Below are positions 34,370-47,540 of a stretch of 64,000 bases of DNA, one piece after another. This DNA comes from Nymphon striatum (lineage: Eukaryota): assembly GCA_016618385.1 (NCBI GenBank), contig JABFOP010000225.1:79735-143734 (forward strand), given 5' to 3'. The position numbers and the translations under genes are program-made. A model generated the notes under the pieces. The model was not told the origin of the DNA. It was given only the letters and a program-made list of their open reading frames with translations, and made no database searches. The first letter of the stretch is position 1. Each line of letters starts with the position of its first letter.

Positions 34370-34445
34370 CCGCCGACTGGAATCGAACCCTTAACCCGTA
34401 CCTCCAAACTAAAATCAAGCCGCTCTACCATTACGCTATGGAGAT
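34370..34445 (-). other. tRNA-like sequence (A-box TAGCGTAATGGTAGAGC, T-arm GGGTTCGATTCC), probably a SINE head or tRNA pseudogene.
   Basis: The boxes are present but the anticodon and acceptor stems do not fold cleanly. Confidence 0.3.
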
Positions 34446-36309
34446 TAACGGTATTTATTAGCTAAGTTAAAGCTTATATGCTATACTTCATATCAGCTAA
34501 TTAATTATTTAATAGTAGAAGATAAGGTTCTGGATAGCGCTCTAGATGATAGCATCAAAATATATGTCTTTGTTACAACCACTAAGTCTGTACGCTTGTC
34601 TTATGATTATCTTAAACACATAAGAAAAGTCAATTTTGAAAGTTCCGTTTTTTTTTTTAATATTTGCGGGTGTTGTAGAATGATCTGCTGCTGTCTTTTT
34701 TATTCTCTAAAGGTACTTTACCCATGGGTACTTAAGTTTACCCATCGGTTTTTAAGGTCCCATCACGCCTAACACATGGTAATAAAACATACCCTGAGAC
34801 AAGAATGCAAATGGAAATAATAACACTAATAATAATTTCCCAATCAGGAATGAATTATTTTTTTGACCACTGAATTTCGTTCAAATTTTGTTCAAAAGAA
34901 AGTGAAGGACATAGAATTTGAAGTGAACACGAATTGTTTAACAGACATCATTAGCATCTATTTTTAGCAAAGTGTGAAAGCAACCTTTCCCATTATGTTT
35001 TTCGCTAATGCGTATTGGTTCCAGTACATTGGCGTCAGAGCTTATCTCGTGTCGTCCGGCATGCACAAAATTGGCCATTTTATTAATCTTCCAGCTAAAT
35101 GCAAAATTCTGGCATTACACTCGAACGATCATCGACCACACATTCTGTAATAGCTCATAACATACATAGCCAGTACATAATTAACATGATCATTATTATA
35201 TCTTTAGTGAAGGTAGTTGTTATCATAAATTGTAGTACTTAAAGGCAGCTTTCTTGTCCTGGTCGTCGTTTATTGGAAGCACAAACATCTCAGAGAATGA
35301 AAAATGATATTGCCAGCTTTTGAGAAGAGTATTACAATTTCTTGAATAAGAAATTATTACGGACTGTTAATCTTTGCATACGCTATTTACTTCTGCCTTA
35401 TTTAGTCCTTACACTCATCTCATATTTATGCTTCTTATTAATGGGATTTTGAATCCATATCAAATCATTGATTCTTTTCAATACAATTCGATTACCTTGT
35501 ACTTTTCTTAGACTACAAAATGTTTTTTTTTTTTATTATATTTACTGACATTTGAAAAAAAAATAAAAATAGATATATTAAGAACTGCAATTGGAAACTC
35601 TACTTTGGCTGAAAAATAATTTAAATTGCAGAACAATTGTGTTTTATGATTCATATTTCAAAATTGTTGCTTATCCGAATTTCTTAATTTTTGTCGTTCT
35701 TGACTGTATAGTCCAGACAACTGATCCTCAAAAGAGGCTGAACTCGGACAAAATTCATACAGAAACTTATGTTTTCTGAAAGTTCAATGTCTGTAATATT
35801 CATACACAAAAGTTTCCAAAAGTTCTTGCCTGGGAAACCCTACAATGCCAAGATGGCGTCAAGATAGCTGCCATAGCTTCACATGCCAGCTTCACTCCTC
35901 TTGTTTTTGGAACCAATAAAGATATGGGATGAAGATATGGGAATGCCAAAAGTTTGTCTCTGCATTATCTACAAAATTAGCAGAGAAACAAAACGAAGAG
36001 TATTCGGTGATAATTTCATGGCTTCGTGTTCGTTTTATCTATCGCTATTACAAGGGCGACACTCCTCTGCGTCAGAGGTTCGGGAACCCCATTTCGGAAT
36101 CGAGATCATGAAATTTTAGGGAAGATTTTAGACTTAACAACGTTGAAAGCAACATTTACTGATCTTTCGTGTTGGTCAAATTGTATATAAATTGTATATA
36201 AATTGAATTATTGTTTTCACAATCACTGTTTAAATTATGTTCATATATTTAGTTTTTAATTTTTTATTATTTTTACTTTACTTCCATTTTACTGTATGGC
36301 TATGTAAGT

Positions 36310-39300
36310 CGCTTTGTTTTTTCTTATAAATAAATTAGAGTATTACTCTTAGCTATTAATGAATTTCTAGGTTTAGAGGCTCCAACAAACCAACTTCCAA
36401 CATCTAATAGTTTGTATCATAGAAATAGCTTCTAATTTCAATTTTGTGGTGGTTGTCGGTTATAGGTCATATATTCTCAGGTGAGAATGAAAATCAAAGA
36501 ATAAGTATTTTATAGGTCCAATTTCGTACTCTTATTAGCGCATATCGCTTAGATGGCTGTTAGAAGTACATTTATTGATGCTATTATTCTATTTTGTGGC
36601 ATTAGTTAAAAGTCTAGTTTTTTCATAAATCTTCCATCAAATGTTCAGTTATTAATGAATTTCACGGTTTATAGGCTCCAACAAACCAACTCGGAACATC
36701 TAATAGTTTGTATCATAGAAATAGCTTCTAATTTCAATTTTGTGGTGAATGTCGGTTATAGGTCATATATTCTCAGGTGAGAATGAAAATCGAAAATTTA
36801 CTATTTTATAGGTCCAATTCGTACTCTTAAAAGCGCAAATCGCTTAGATGGATGTTAGAATACAGTTATTGATGCTATTATTCTATTTTGTAAAAGTGCT
36901 AGTTTTTTCATAAATCTTGCATCAAATGTTCAGTTATTAATGAATTTCACGGTTTATAGGCTCCAACAAACCAACTCGGAACATCTAATAGTTTGTATCA
37001 TAGAAAAAGCTTCTAATTTCAATTTTGAGGCGGTAGTCGGTTATAGGTCATATATTCTCAGAATGAAAATCGAAAAAAAATAAAAGAATAAAAATAAAGT
37101 AATTTATAGGTCGAATTCGTACTCCAAATCGCGTATATGAATCAATCTTATATGAACGTATATGAACCAATCTTAGATGGCTGTAAGAAGTACAGTTATT
37201 GTTGCTATTAATCCATTTTGTGACATTAGTTAAATGGCGAGTTTTTTTTATAAATTTTGCATCAAATTTTCAGTTATTAATAAATTTCACGGTTTAGAGG
37301 CTCCAACAAACCAACTTCGAACATCTAATAGTTTGTATCATAGAAATAGCTTCTAATTTCAATTTTGTGGCGGTACTCTTATTTACTTATTCACTTAAAT
37401 TTACTTAGAATTCGTACTCTTAATAGCGCATATCGCATAGATGGCTGTTAAAAGTACATTTATTGATGCTATTATTCTATTTTGTGGCATTAGTTAAAAG
37501 GCTAGTTTTTTCGTAAATCTTCCATCAAGTTCAGTTATTAATGAATTTCTAGGTTTAGAGGCTCCAACAAACCAACTTCGAACTTCTAATAGTTTGTATC
37601 ATAGAAATAGCTTTTAATTTCAATTTTGTGGCGGTAGTCGGTTATAGGTCATGTATTCTCAGGTGAGAATGAAAATCGAAAATAAACTATTTTATAGGTC
37701 CAATTCGTACTCTTAATAGCGCGTATCGCATAGATGGCTGTTAGAATACAGTTATTGATGCTATTATTCTATTTTGTAAAAGTGCTAGTTTTTTCATAAA
37801 TCTTGCATCAAATGTTCAGTTATTAATGAATTTCTAGGTTTAGAGGCTCCAACAAACCAACTTCGAACTTCTAATAGTTTGTATCATAGAAATAGCTTTT
37901 AATTTCAATTTTGTGGCGGTAGTCGGTTATAGGTCATGTATTCTCAGGTGAGAATGAAAATCGAAAATAAACTATTTTATAGGTCCAATTCGTTCTCTTA
38001 AAAGCGCAAATCGCTTAGATGGCTGTTAGAATACAGTTATTGATGCTATTATTCTATTTTGTGGCATTAGTTAAAAGGCTAGTTTTTTCGTAAATCTTCC
38101 ATCAAATGTTCAGTTATTAATGAATTTCTAGGTTTAGAGGCTCCAACAAACCAACTTCGAACTTCTAATAGTTTGTATCATAGAAATAGCTTTTAATTTC
38201 AATTTTGTGGCGGTAGTCGGTTATAGGTCATGTATTCTCAGGTGAGAATGAAAATCGAAAATAAACTATTTTATAGGTCCAATTCGTACTCTTAATAGCG
38301 CGTATCGCATAGATGGCTGTTAGAATACAGTTATTGATGCTATTATTCTATTTTGTAAAAGTGCTAGTTTTTTCATAAATCTTGCATCATATGTTCAGTT
38401 ATTAATGAATTTCTAGGTTTAGAGGCTCCAACAAACCAACTTCGAACTTCTAATAGTTTGTATCATAGAAATAGCTTTTAATTTCAATTTTGTGGCGGTA
38501 GTCGGTTATAGGTCATGTATTCTCAGGTGAGAATGAAAATCGAAAATAAACTATTTTATAGGTCCAATTCGTTCTCTTAAAAGCGCAAATCGCTTAGATG
38601 GCTGTTAGAATACAGTTATTGATGCTATTATTCTATTTTGTAAAAGTGCTAGTTTTTTCATAAATCTTGCATCAAATGTTCAGTTATTAATGAATTTCTA
38701 GGTTTAGAGGCTCCAACAAACCAACTTCGAACATCTAATAGTTTGTATCATAGAAATAGCTTTTAATTTCAATTTTGTGGCGGTAGTCGGTTATAGGTCA
38801 TGTATTCTCAAGTGAGAATGAAAATCGAAAATAAACTATTTTATAGGTCCAATTTCGTACTCTTAATAGCGCGTATCGCATAGATGGCTGTTAGAAGTAC
38901 ATTTATTGATGCTATTATTCTATTTTGTGGCATTAGTTAAAAGTCTAGTTTTTTCATAAATCTTCCATCAAATGTTCAGTTATTAATGAATTTCACGGTT
39001 TATAGGCTCCAACAAACCAACTCGGAACATCTAATAGTTTGTATCATAGAAATAGCTTCTAATTTCAATTTTGTGGTGAATGTCGGTTATAGGTCATATA
39101 TTCTCAGGTGAGAATGAAAATCAAAAATTTACTATTTTATAGGTCCAATTCGTTCTCTTAAAAGCGCAAATCGCTTAGATGGATGTTAGAATACAGTTAT
39201 TGATGCTATTATTCTATTTTGTAAAAGTGCTAGTTTTTTCATAAATCTTGCATCAAATGTTCAGTTATTAATGAATTTCACGGTTTATAGGCTCCAACAA

Positions 39301-42300
39301 ACCAACTCGGAACATCTAATAGTTTGTATCATAGAAAAAGCTTCTAATTTCAATTTTGAGGCGGTAGTCGGTTATAGGTCATATATTCTCAGAATGAAAA
39401 TCGAAAAAAAATAAAAGAATAAAAATAAAGTATTTTATAGGTCGAATTCGTACTCCAAATCGCGTATATGAATCAATCTTATATGAACGTATATGAACCA
39501 ATCTTAGATGGCTGTAAGAAGTACAGTTATTGTTGCTATTAATCCATTTTGTGACATTAGTTAAATGGCGAGTTTTTTTTATAAATTTTGCATCAAATTT
39601 TCAGTTATTAATAAATTTCACGGTTTAGAGGCTCCAACAAACCAACTTCGAACATCTAATAGTTTGTATCATAGAAATAGCTTCTAATTTCAATTTTGTG
39701 GCGGTACTTTTATTTACTTATTCACTTAAATTTACTTAGAATTCGTACTCTTAATAGCGCATATCGCATAGATGGCTGTTAAAAGTACATTTATTGATGC
39801 TATTATTCTATTTTGTGGCATTAGTTAAAAGGCTAGTTTTTTCGTAAATCTTCCATCAAATGTTCAGTTATTAATGAATTTCTAGGTTTAGAGGCTCCAA
39901 CAAACCAACTTCGAACTTCTAATAGTTTGTATCATAGAAATAGCTTTTAATTTCAATTTTGTGGCGGTAGTCGGTTATAGGTCATGTATTCTCAGGTGAG
40001 AATGAAAATCGAAAATAAACTATTTTATAGGTCCAATTCGTACTCTTAATAGCGCGTATCGCATAGATGGCTGTTAGAATACAGTTATTGATGCTATTAT
40101 TCTATTTTGTAAAAGTGCTAGTTTTTTCATAAATCTTGCATCAAATGTTCAGTTATTAATGAATTTCTAGGTTTAGAGGCTCCAACAAACCAACTTCGAA
40201 CTTCTAATAGTTTGTATCATAGAAATAGCTTTTAATTTCAATTTTGTGGCGGTAGTCGGTTATAGGTCATGTATTCTCAGGTGAGAATGAAAATCGAAAA
40301 TAAACTATTTTATAGGTCCAATTCGTTCTCTTAAAAGCGCAAATCGCTTAGATGGCTGTTAGAATACAGTTATTGATGCTATTATTCTATTTTGTGGCAT
40401 TAGTTAAAAGGCTAGTTTTTTCGTAAATCTTCCATCAAATGTTCAGTTATTAATGAATTTCTAGGTTTAGAGGCTCCAACAAACCAACTTCGAACTTCTA
40501 ATAGTTTGTATCATAGAAATAGCTTTTAATTTCAATTTTGTGGCGGTAGTCGGTTATAGGTCATGTATTCTCAGGTGAGAATGAAAATCGAAAATAAACT
40601 ATTTTATAGGTCCAATTCGTACTCTTAATAGCGCGTATCGCATAGATGGCTGTTAGAATACAGTTATTGATGCTATTATTCTATTTTGTAAAAGTGCTAG
40701 TTTTTTCATAAATCTTGCATCAAATGTTCAGTTATTAATGAATTTCTAGGTTTAGAGGCTCCAACAAACCAACTTCGAACTTCTAATAGTTTGTATCATA
40801 GAAATAGCTTTTAATTTCAATTTTGTGGCGGTAGTCGGTTATAGGTCATGTATTCTCAGGTGAGAATGAAAATCGAAAATAAACTATTTTATAGGTCCAA
40901 TTCGTTCTCTTAAAAGCGCAAATCGCTTAGATGGCTGTTAGAATACAGTTATTGATGCTATTATTCTATTTTGTGGCATTAGTTAAAAGGCTAGTTTTTT
41001 CGTAAATCTTCCATCAAATGTTCAGTTATTAATGAATTTCTAGGTTTAGAGGCTCCAACAAACCAACTTCGAACTTCTAATAGTTTGTATCATAGAAATA
41101 GCTTTTAATTTCAATTTTGTGGCGGTAGTCGGTTATAGGTCATGTATTCTCAGGTGAGAATGAAAATCGAAAATAAACTATTTTATAGGTCCAATTCGTT
41201 CTCTTAAAAGCGCAAATCGCTTAGATGGCTGTTAGAATACAGTTATTGATGCTATTATTCTATTTTGTGGCATTAGTTAAAAGGCTAGTTTTTTCGTAAA
41301 TCTTCCATCAAATGTTCAGTTATTAATGAATTTCTAGGTTTAGAGGCTCCAACAAACCAACTTCGAACTTCTAATAGTTTGTATCATAGAAATAGCTTTT
41401 AATTTCAATTTTGTGGCGGTAGTCGGTTATAGGTCATGTATTCTCAGGTGAGAATGAAAATCGAAAATAAACTATTTTATAGGTCCAATTCGTTCTCTTA
41501 AAAGCGCAAATCGCTTAGATGGCTGTTAGAATACAGTTATTGATGCTATTATTCTATTTTGTGGCATTAGTTAAAAGGCTAGTTTTTTCGTAAATCTTGC
41601 ATCAAATGTTCAGTTATTAATGAATTTCTAGGTTTAGAGGCTCCAACAAACCAACTTCGAACTTCTAATAGTTTGTATCATAGAAATAGCTTTTAATTTC
41701 AATTTTGTGGCGGTAGTCGGTTATAGGTCATGTATTCTCAGGTGAGAATGAAAATCGAAAATAAACTATTTTATAGGTCCAATTCGTTCTCTTAAAAGCG
41801 CAAATCGCTTAGATGGCTGTTAGAATACAGTTATTGATGCTATTATTCTATTTTGTGGCATTAGTTAAAAGGCTAGTTTTTTCGTAAATCTTCCATCAAA
41901 TGTTCAGTTATTAATGAATTTCTAGGTTTAGAGGCTCCAACAAACCAACTTCGAACTTCTAATAGTTTGTATCATAGAAATAGCTTTTAATTTCAATTTT
42001 GTGGCGGTAGTCGGTTATAGGTCATGTATTCTCAGGTGAGAATGAAAATCGAAAATAAACTATTTTATAGGTCCAATTCGTACTCTTAATAGCGCGTATC
42101 GCATAGATGGCTGTTAGAATACAGTTATTGATGCTATTATTCTATTTTGTAAAAGTGCTAGTTTTTTCATAAATCTTGCATCAAATGTTCAGTTATTAAT
42201 GAATTTCTAGGTTTAGAGGCTCCAACAAACCAACTTCGAACTTCTAATAGTTTGTATCATAGAAATAGCTTTTAATTTCAATTTTGTGGCGGTAGTCGGT

Positions 42301-45300
42301 TATAGGTCATGTATTCTCAGGTGAGAATGAAAATCGAAAATAAACTATTTTATAGGTCCAATTCGTTCTCTTAAAAGCGCAAATCGCTTAGATGGCTGTT
42401 AGAATACAGTTATTGATGCTATTATTCTATTTTGTGGCATTAGTTAAAAGGCTAGTTTTTTCGTAAATCTTCCATCAAATGTTCAGTTATTAATGAATTT
42501 CTAGGTTTAGAGGCTCCAACAAACCAACTTCGAACTTCTAATAGTTTGTATCATAGAAATAGCTTTTAATTTCAATTTTGTGGCGGTAGTCGGTTATAGG
42601 TCATGTATTCTCAGGTGAGAATGAAAATCGAAAATAAACTATTTTATAGGTCCAATTCGTACTCTTAATAGCGCGTATCGCATAGATGGCTGTTAGAATA
42701 CAGTTATTGATGCTATTATTCTATTTTGTAAAAGTGCTAGTTTTTTTCATAAATCTTGCATCATATGTTCAGTTATTAATGAATTTCTAGGTTTAGAGGC
42801 TCCAACAAACCAACTTCGAACTTCTAATAGTTTGTATCATAGAAATAGCTTTTAATTTCAATTTTGTGGCGGTAGTCGGTTATAGGTCATGTATTCTCAG
42901 GTGAGAATGAAAATCGAAAATAAACTATTTTATAGGTCCAATTCGTTCTCTTAAAAGCGCAAATCGCTTAGATGGCTGTTAGAATACAGTTATTGATGCT
43001 ATTATTCTATTTTGTAAAAGTGCTAGTTTTTTCATAAATCTTGCATCAAATGTTCAGTTATTAATGAATTTCTAGGTTTAGAGGCTCCAACAAACCAACT
43101 TCGAACATCTAATAGTTTGTATCATAGAAATAGCTTTTAATTTCAATTTTGTGGCGGTAGTCGGTTATAGGTCATGTATTCTCAAGTGAGAATGAAAATC
43201 GAAAATAAACTATTTTATAGGTCCAATTTCGTACTCTTAATAGCGCGTATCGCATAGATGGCTGTTAGAAGTACATTTATTGATGCTATTATTCTATTTT
43301 GTGGCATTAGTTAAAAGTCTAGTTTTTTCATAAATCTTCCATCAAATGTTCAGTTATTAATGAATTTCACGGTTTATAGGCTCCAACAAACCAACTCGGA
43401 ACATCTAATAGTTTGTATCATAGAAATAGCTTCTAATTTCAATTTTGTGGTGAATGTCGGTTATAGGTCATATATTCTCAGGTGAGAATGAAAATCAAAA
43501 ATTTACTATTTTATAGGTCCAATTCGTTCTCTTAAAAGCGCAAATCGCTTAGATGGATGTTAGAATACAGTTATTGATGCTATTATTCTATTTTGTAAAA
43601 GTGCTAGTTTTTTCATAAATCTTGCATCAAATGTTCAGTTATTAATGAATTTCACGGTTTATAGGCTCCAACAAACCAACTCGGAACATCTAATAGTTTG
43701 TATCATAGAAAAAGCTTCTAATTTCAATTTTGAGGCGGTAGTCGGTTATAGGTCATATATTCTCAGAATGAAAATCGAAAAAAAATAAAAGAATAAAAAT
43801 AAAGTATTTTATAGGTCGAATTCGTACTCCAAATCGCGTATATGAATCAATCTTATATGAACGTATATGAACCAATCTTAGATGGCTGTAAGAAGTACAG
43901 TTATTGTTGCTATTAATCCATTTTGTGACATTAGTTAAATGGCGAGTTTTTTTTATAAATTTTGCATCAAATTTTCAGTTATTAATAAATTTCACGGTTT
44001 AGAGGCTCCAACAAACCAACTTCGAACATCTAATAGTTTGTATCATAGAAATAGCTTCTAATTTCAATTTTGTGGCGGTACTTTTATTTACTTATTCACT
44101 TAAATTTACTTAGAATTCGTACTCTTAATAGCGCATATCGCATAGATGGCTGTTAAAAGTACATTTATTGATGCTATTATTCTATTTTGTGGCATTAGTT
44201 AAAAGGCTAGTTTTTTCGTAAATCTTCCATCAAATGTTCAGTTATTAATGAATTTCTAGGTTTAGAGGCTCCAACAAACCAACTTCGAACTTCTAATAGT
44301 TTGTATCATAGAAATAGCTTTTAATTTCAATTTTGTGGCGGTAGTCGGTTATAGGTCATGTATTCTCAGGTGAGAATGAAAATCGAAAATAAACTATTTT
44401 ATAGGTCCAATTCGTACTCTTAATAGCGCGTATCGCATAGATGGCTGTTAGAATACAGTTATTGATGCTATTATTCTATTTTGTAAAAGTGCTAGTTTTT
44501 TCATAAATCTTGCATCAAATGTTCAGTTATTAATGAATTTCTAGGTTTAGAGGCTCCAACAAACCAACTTCGAACTTCTAATAGTTTGTATCATAGAAAT
44601 AGCTTTTAATTTCAATTTTGTGGCGGTAGTCGGTTATAGGTCATGTATTCTCAGGTGAGAATGAAAATCGAAAATAAACTATTTTATAGGTCCAATTCGT
44701 TCTCTTAAAAGCGCAAATCGCTTAGATGGCTGTTAGAATACAGTTAATGATGCTATTATTCTATTTTGTAAAAGTGCTAGTTTTTTCATAAATCTTGCAT
44801 CAAATGTTCAGTTAATGAATTTCTAGGTTTAGAGGCTCCAACAAACCAACTTCGAACATCTAATAGTTTGTATCATAGAAATAGCTTTTAATTTCAATTT
44901 TGTGGCGGTAGTCGGTTATAGGTCATGTATTCTCAAGTGAGAATGAAAATCGAAAATAAACTATTTTATAGGTCCAATTTCGTACTCTTAATAGCGCGTA
45001 TCGCATAGATGGCTGTTAGAAGTACATTTATTGATGCTATTATTCTATTTTGTGGCATTAGTTAAAAGTCTAGATTTTTCATAAATCTTCCATCAAATGT
45101 TCAGTTATTAATGAATTTCACGGTTTATAGGCTCCAACAAACCAACTCGGAACATCTAATAGTTTGTATCATAGAAATAGCTTCTAATTTCAATTTTGAG
45201 GCGGTAGTCGGTTATAGGTCATATATTCTCAGAATGAAAATCGAAAAAAAATAAAAGAATGAAAATAAAGTATTTTATAGGTCGAATTCGTACTCCAAAT

Positions 45301-46480
45301 CGCGTATATGAATCAATCTTATATGAACGTATATGAACCAATCTTAGATGGCTGTAAGAAGTACAGTTATTGTTGCTATTAATCCATTTTGTGACATTAG
45401 TTAAATGGCGAGTTTTTTTTATAAATTTTGCACCAAATTTTTAGTTATTAATAAATTTCACGGTTTAGAGGCTCCAACAAACCAACTTCGAACATCTAAT
45501 AGTTTGTATCATAGAAATAGCTTCTAATTTCAATTTTGTGGCGGTAATCTTATTTACTTATTCACTTAAATTTACTTAGAATTCGTACTCTTAATAGCGC
45601 ATATCGCATAGATGGCTGTTAAAAGTACATTTATTGATGCTATTATTCTATTTTGTGGCATTAGTTAAAAGGCTAGTTTTTTCGTAAATATTCCATCAAA
45701 TGTTCAGTTATTAATGAATTTTTAGGTTTAGAGGCTCCAACAAACCAACTTCGAACATCTAATGGTTTGTAATATAGAAATAGCTTCTAATTTCAATTTT
45801 GTGGTGGTAGTCGGTTATAGGTCATGTATTCTCAGATGAGAATGAAAATCGAAAAATAAGTATTTTATAGGTCCAATTCGTACTCTTAATAGCGCATTTC
45901 GCTTAGATGCCTGTTAGAAGTACATTTATTGATGCTATTATTCTATTTTGTGGCATTAGTTAAGAGGCTAGTTTTTCCATAAATTTTGCATCAAATTTTC
46001 AGTTATTAATGAATTTCACGGTTTATAGGCTCCAACAAACCAACTCGGAACATCTAATAGTTTGTATCATAGAAATAGCTTCTAATTTCAATTTTGAGGC
46101 GGTAGTCGGTTATAGGTCATATATTCTCAGGTGAGAATGAAAATCGAAAATTAAGTATTTTATAGGTCCAATTTCGTAATCTTATTAGCGCATATCGCTT
46201 AGATGGCTGAAAGAAGTACTGATGGCTGATTGATGTTATTTTGTGGCATTAGCATTAAAGGGCTAGTTTTTCCATAAATATTTCATCAAATGTTCAGTTA
46301 TTAATTAATTTCACGATTTAGAGGCTCCAAGGCTCCAACAAACCAACTTCGAACATCTAATAGTTTGTATCATAGAAATAGCTTCTAATTTCAATTTATT
46401 GGCGGTAGCCGGTTATAGGTCATATATTCTCAGGTGAGAATGAAAATCAAAAATTAAATATTTTATAGGTCCAATTCGTA
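36310..46480. repeat. Satellite DNA array, ~10.2 kb, about 35 monomers of 261-340 bp (mode ~285-300), with higher-order repeat structure.
   Basis: The monomer landmark GTTATTAATGAATTTC(T/C)A(G/C)GTTTA(G/T)AGGCTCCAACAAACCAACT recurs at 36352, 36652, 36937, 37277, 37538, 37822, 38117, 38402, 38683 ... There are two main alternating variants (GTGGCATTAGTTAAAAGGCTAGTTTTTTCGTAAATCTTCC versus GTAAAAGTGCTAGTTTTTTCATAAATCTTGC). A ~900-bp three-monomer block marked by the insertion AAAAAAAATAAAAGAATAAAAATAAAG recurs at 37076, 39408, 43782 and 45246. Confidence 0.95.
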
Positions 46481-46789
46481 CTGATGACCTCCATGACCAT
46501 GGATTGGGTGGTGTTTTCATTGACTGGGGCTAAAGAGACACTCTCTTATCACAGGTGTCCTCGAATTGTTACTTGAACGTAATATTTGCACCTCTATCTA
46601 CAGTTTTATACTGTTTGACCTATATGACCTACAGCTTGTCAAGTGACCGCTTGTTTCAGGTGATTAACATTGAAAATAAATCGTAGATGGCAGGCGTCTG
46701 CCCATCGCAGGATCTGTACAAGACAGGTTTTCCTGTGTTCAGTGCATATGGGCATTTTGTAAATATAATATAATATAATATAGCAAGGT

Positions 46790-47540
46790 ATTCATCCTTG
46801 AATAAGCTACGCGTCCACTTGTTTGCATCTATCTTGTTTGTATCTCCAACAGAAGATGAGTTTCACTTCCACGTTCTCAGGAACCTTTGTCAGATCAGCT
46901 TCACTCAAATCTAGTGCAAATCTAGTGCTTCTTCCACCTGAAGACTATGGCAGAATTGTGGATAAATAATAGGTTAATTTCTGTCAAGAAGAGCATGCCA
47001 TCAAATCCTTCTACTGCAAAGTTGAAGTACTGCTATTGCAAGAAAAACCGAACTGATTGGGGAATTTCCTTTGTGCGGAAGCTGAAACATGCATTATTGC
47101 ATATGCCAGAGAAAGTCGACATAGGAAAATATAAACGGTTCATTACTGATGATGATGGTGACACTTTTGTACCGTATACTTAAATATTAATTATATGTAG
47201 TTTTTGCTATTATTTTTCAATTTATGCAAATCTAAATTTAATTACTGCTATTCAATCCATTCAGTCCTGTGCCATAACAAATTAGAGGAATGCAAAGATG
47301 CAACATATTTTGGGTTATTTTGGGTTATTCTGGATATATCAGGATATATCTGGATATATCAAGTATGTAAAAATGTGAATTATTTGATAAAGTTGTTAAA
47401 TTTTCAGCTTAACCAACTTTTATATTAAACAAGTTGTTAAGTAACAACTTGTTTCATAAAAAAGTTAAATTTTGTGAGGTAAATTTGTTGCATTTACTCC
47501 TTCCTGTATTATGGGATTTCAATTGAATTTCCCCTACAAT
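46790..47540 (+). mobile_element. Second, degenerate copy of the window-start element: the CXC-ORF 3' part (46790-47183, with stops) plus downstream region ending ...TTCCCCTAC.
   Basis: TTCATCCTTGAATAAGCTACGCGTCCACTTGTTTGCATCT matches 85-125. ...PSTAKLKY.YCKKNRTD... parallels ...PSAAKLKYRKCKKKPN... Both copies end near ...(C)AGTTTCCCCTAC (1268 / 47538). Confidence 0.7.

Noticed and set aside
36310-46480. Regularly spaced repeats that might superficially be scanned as a CRISPR-like array
   Set aside because: Unit length is ~290 bp with no unique spacers. The units are themselves the diverging sequence. The context is clearly eukaryotic: LINEs, SINEs, Tc1 and mariner. This is satellite DNA.
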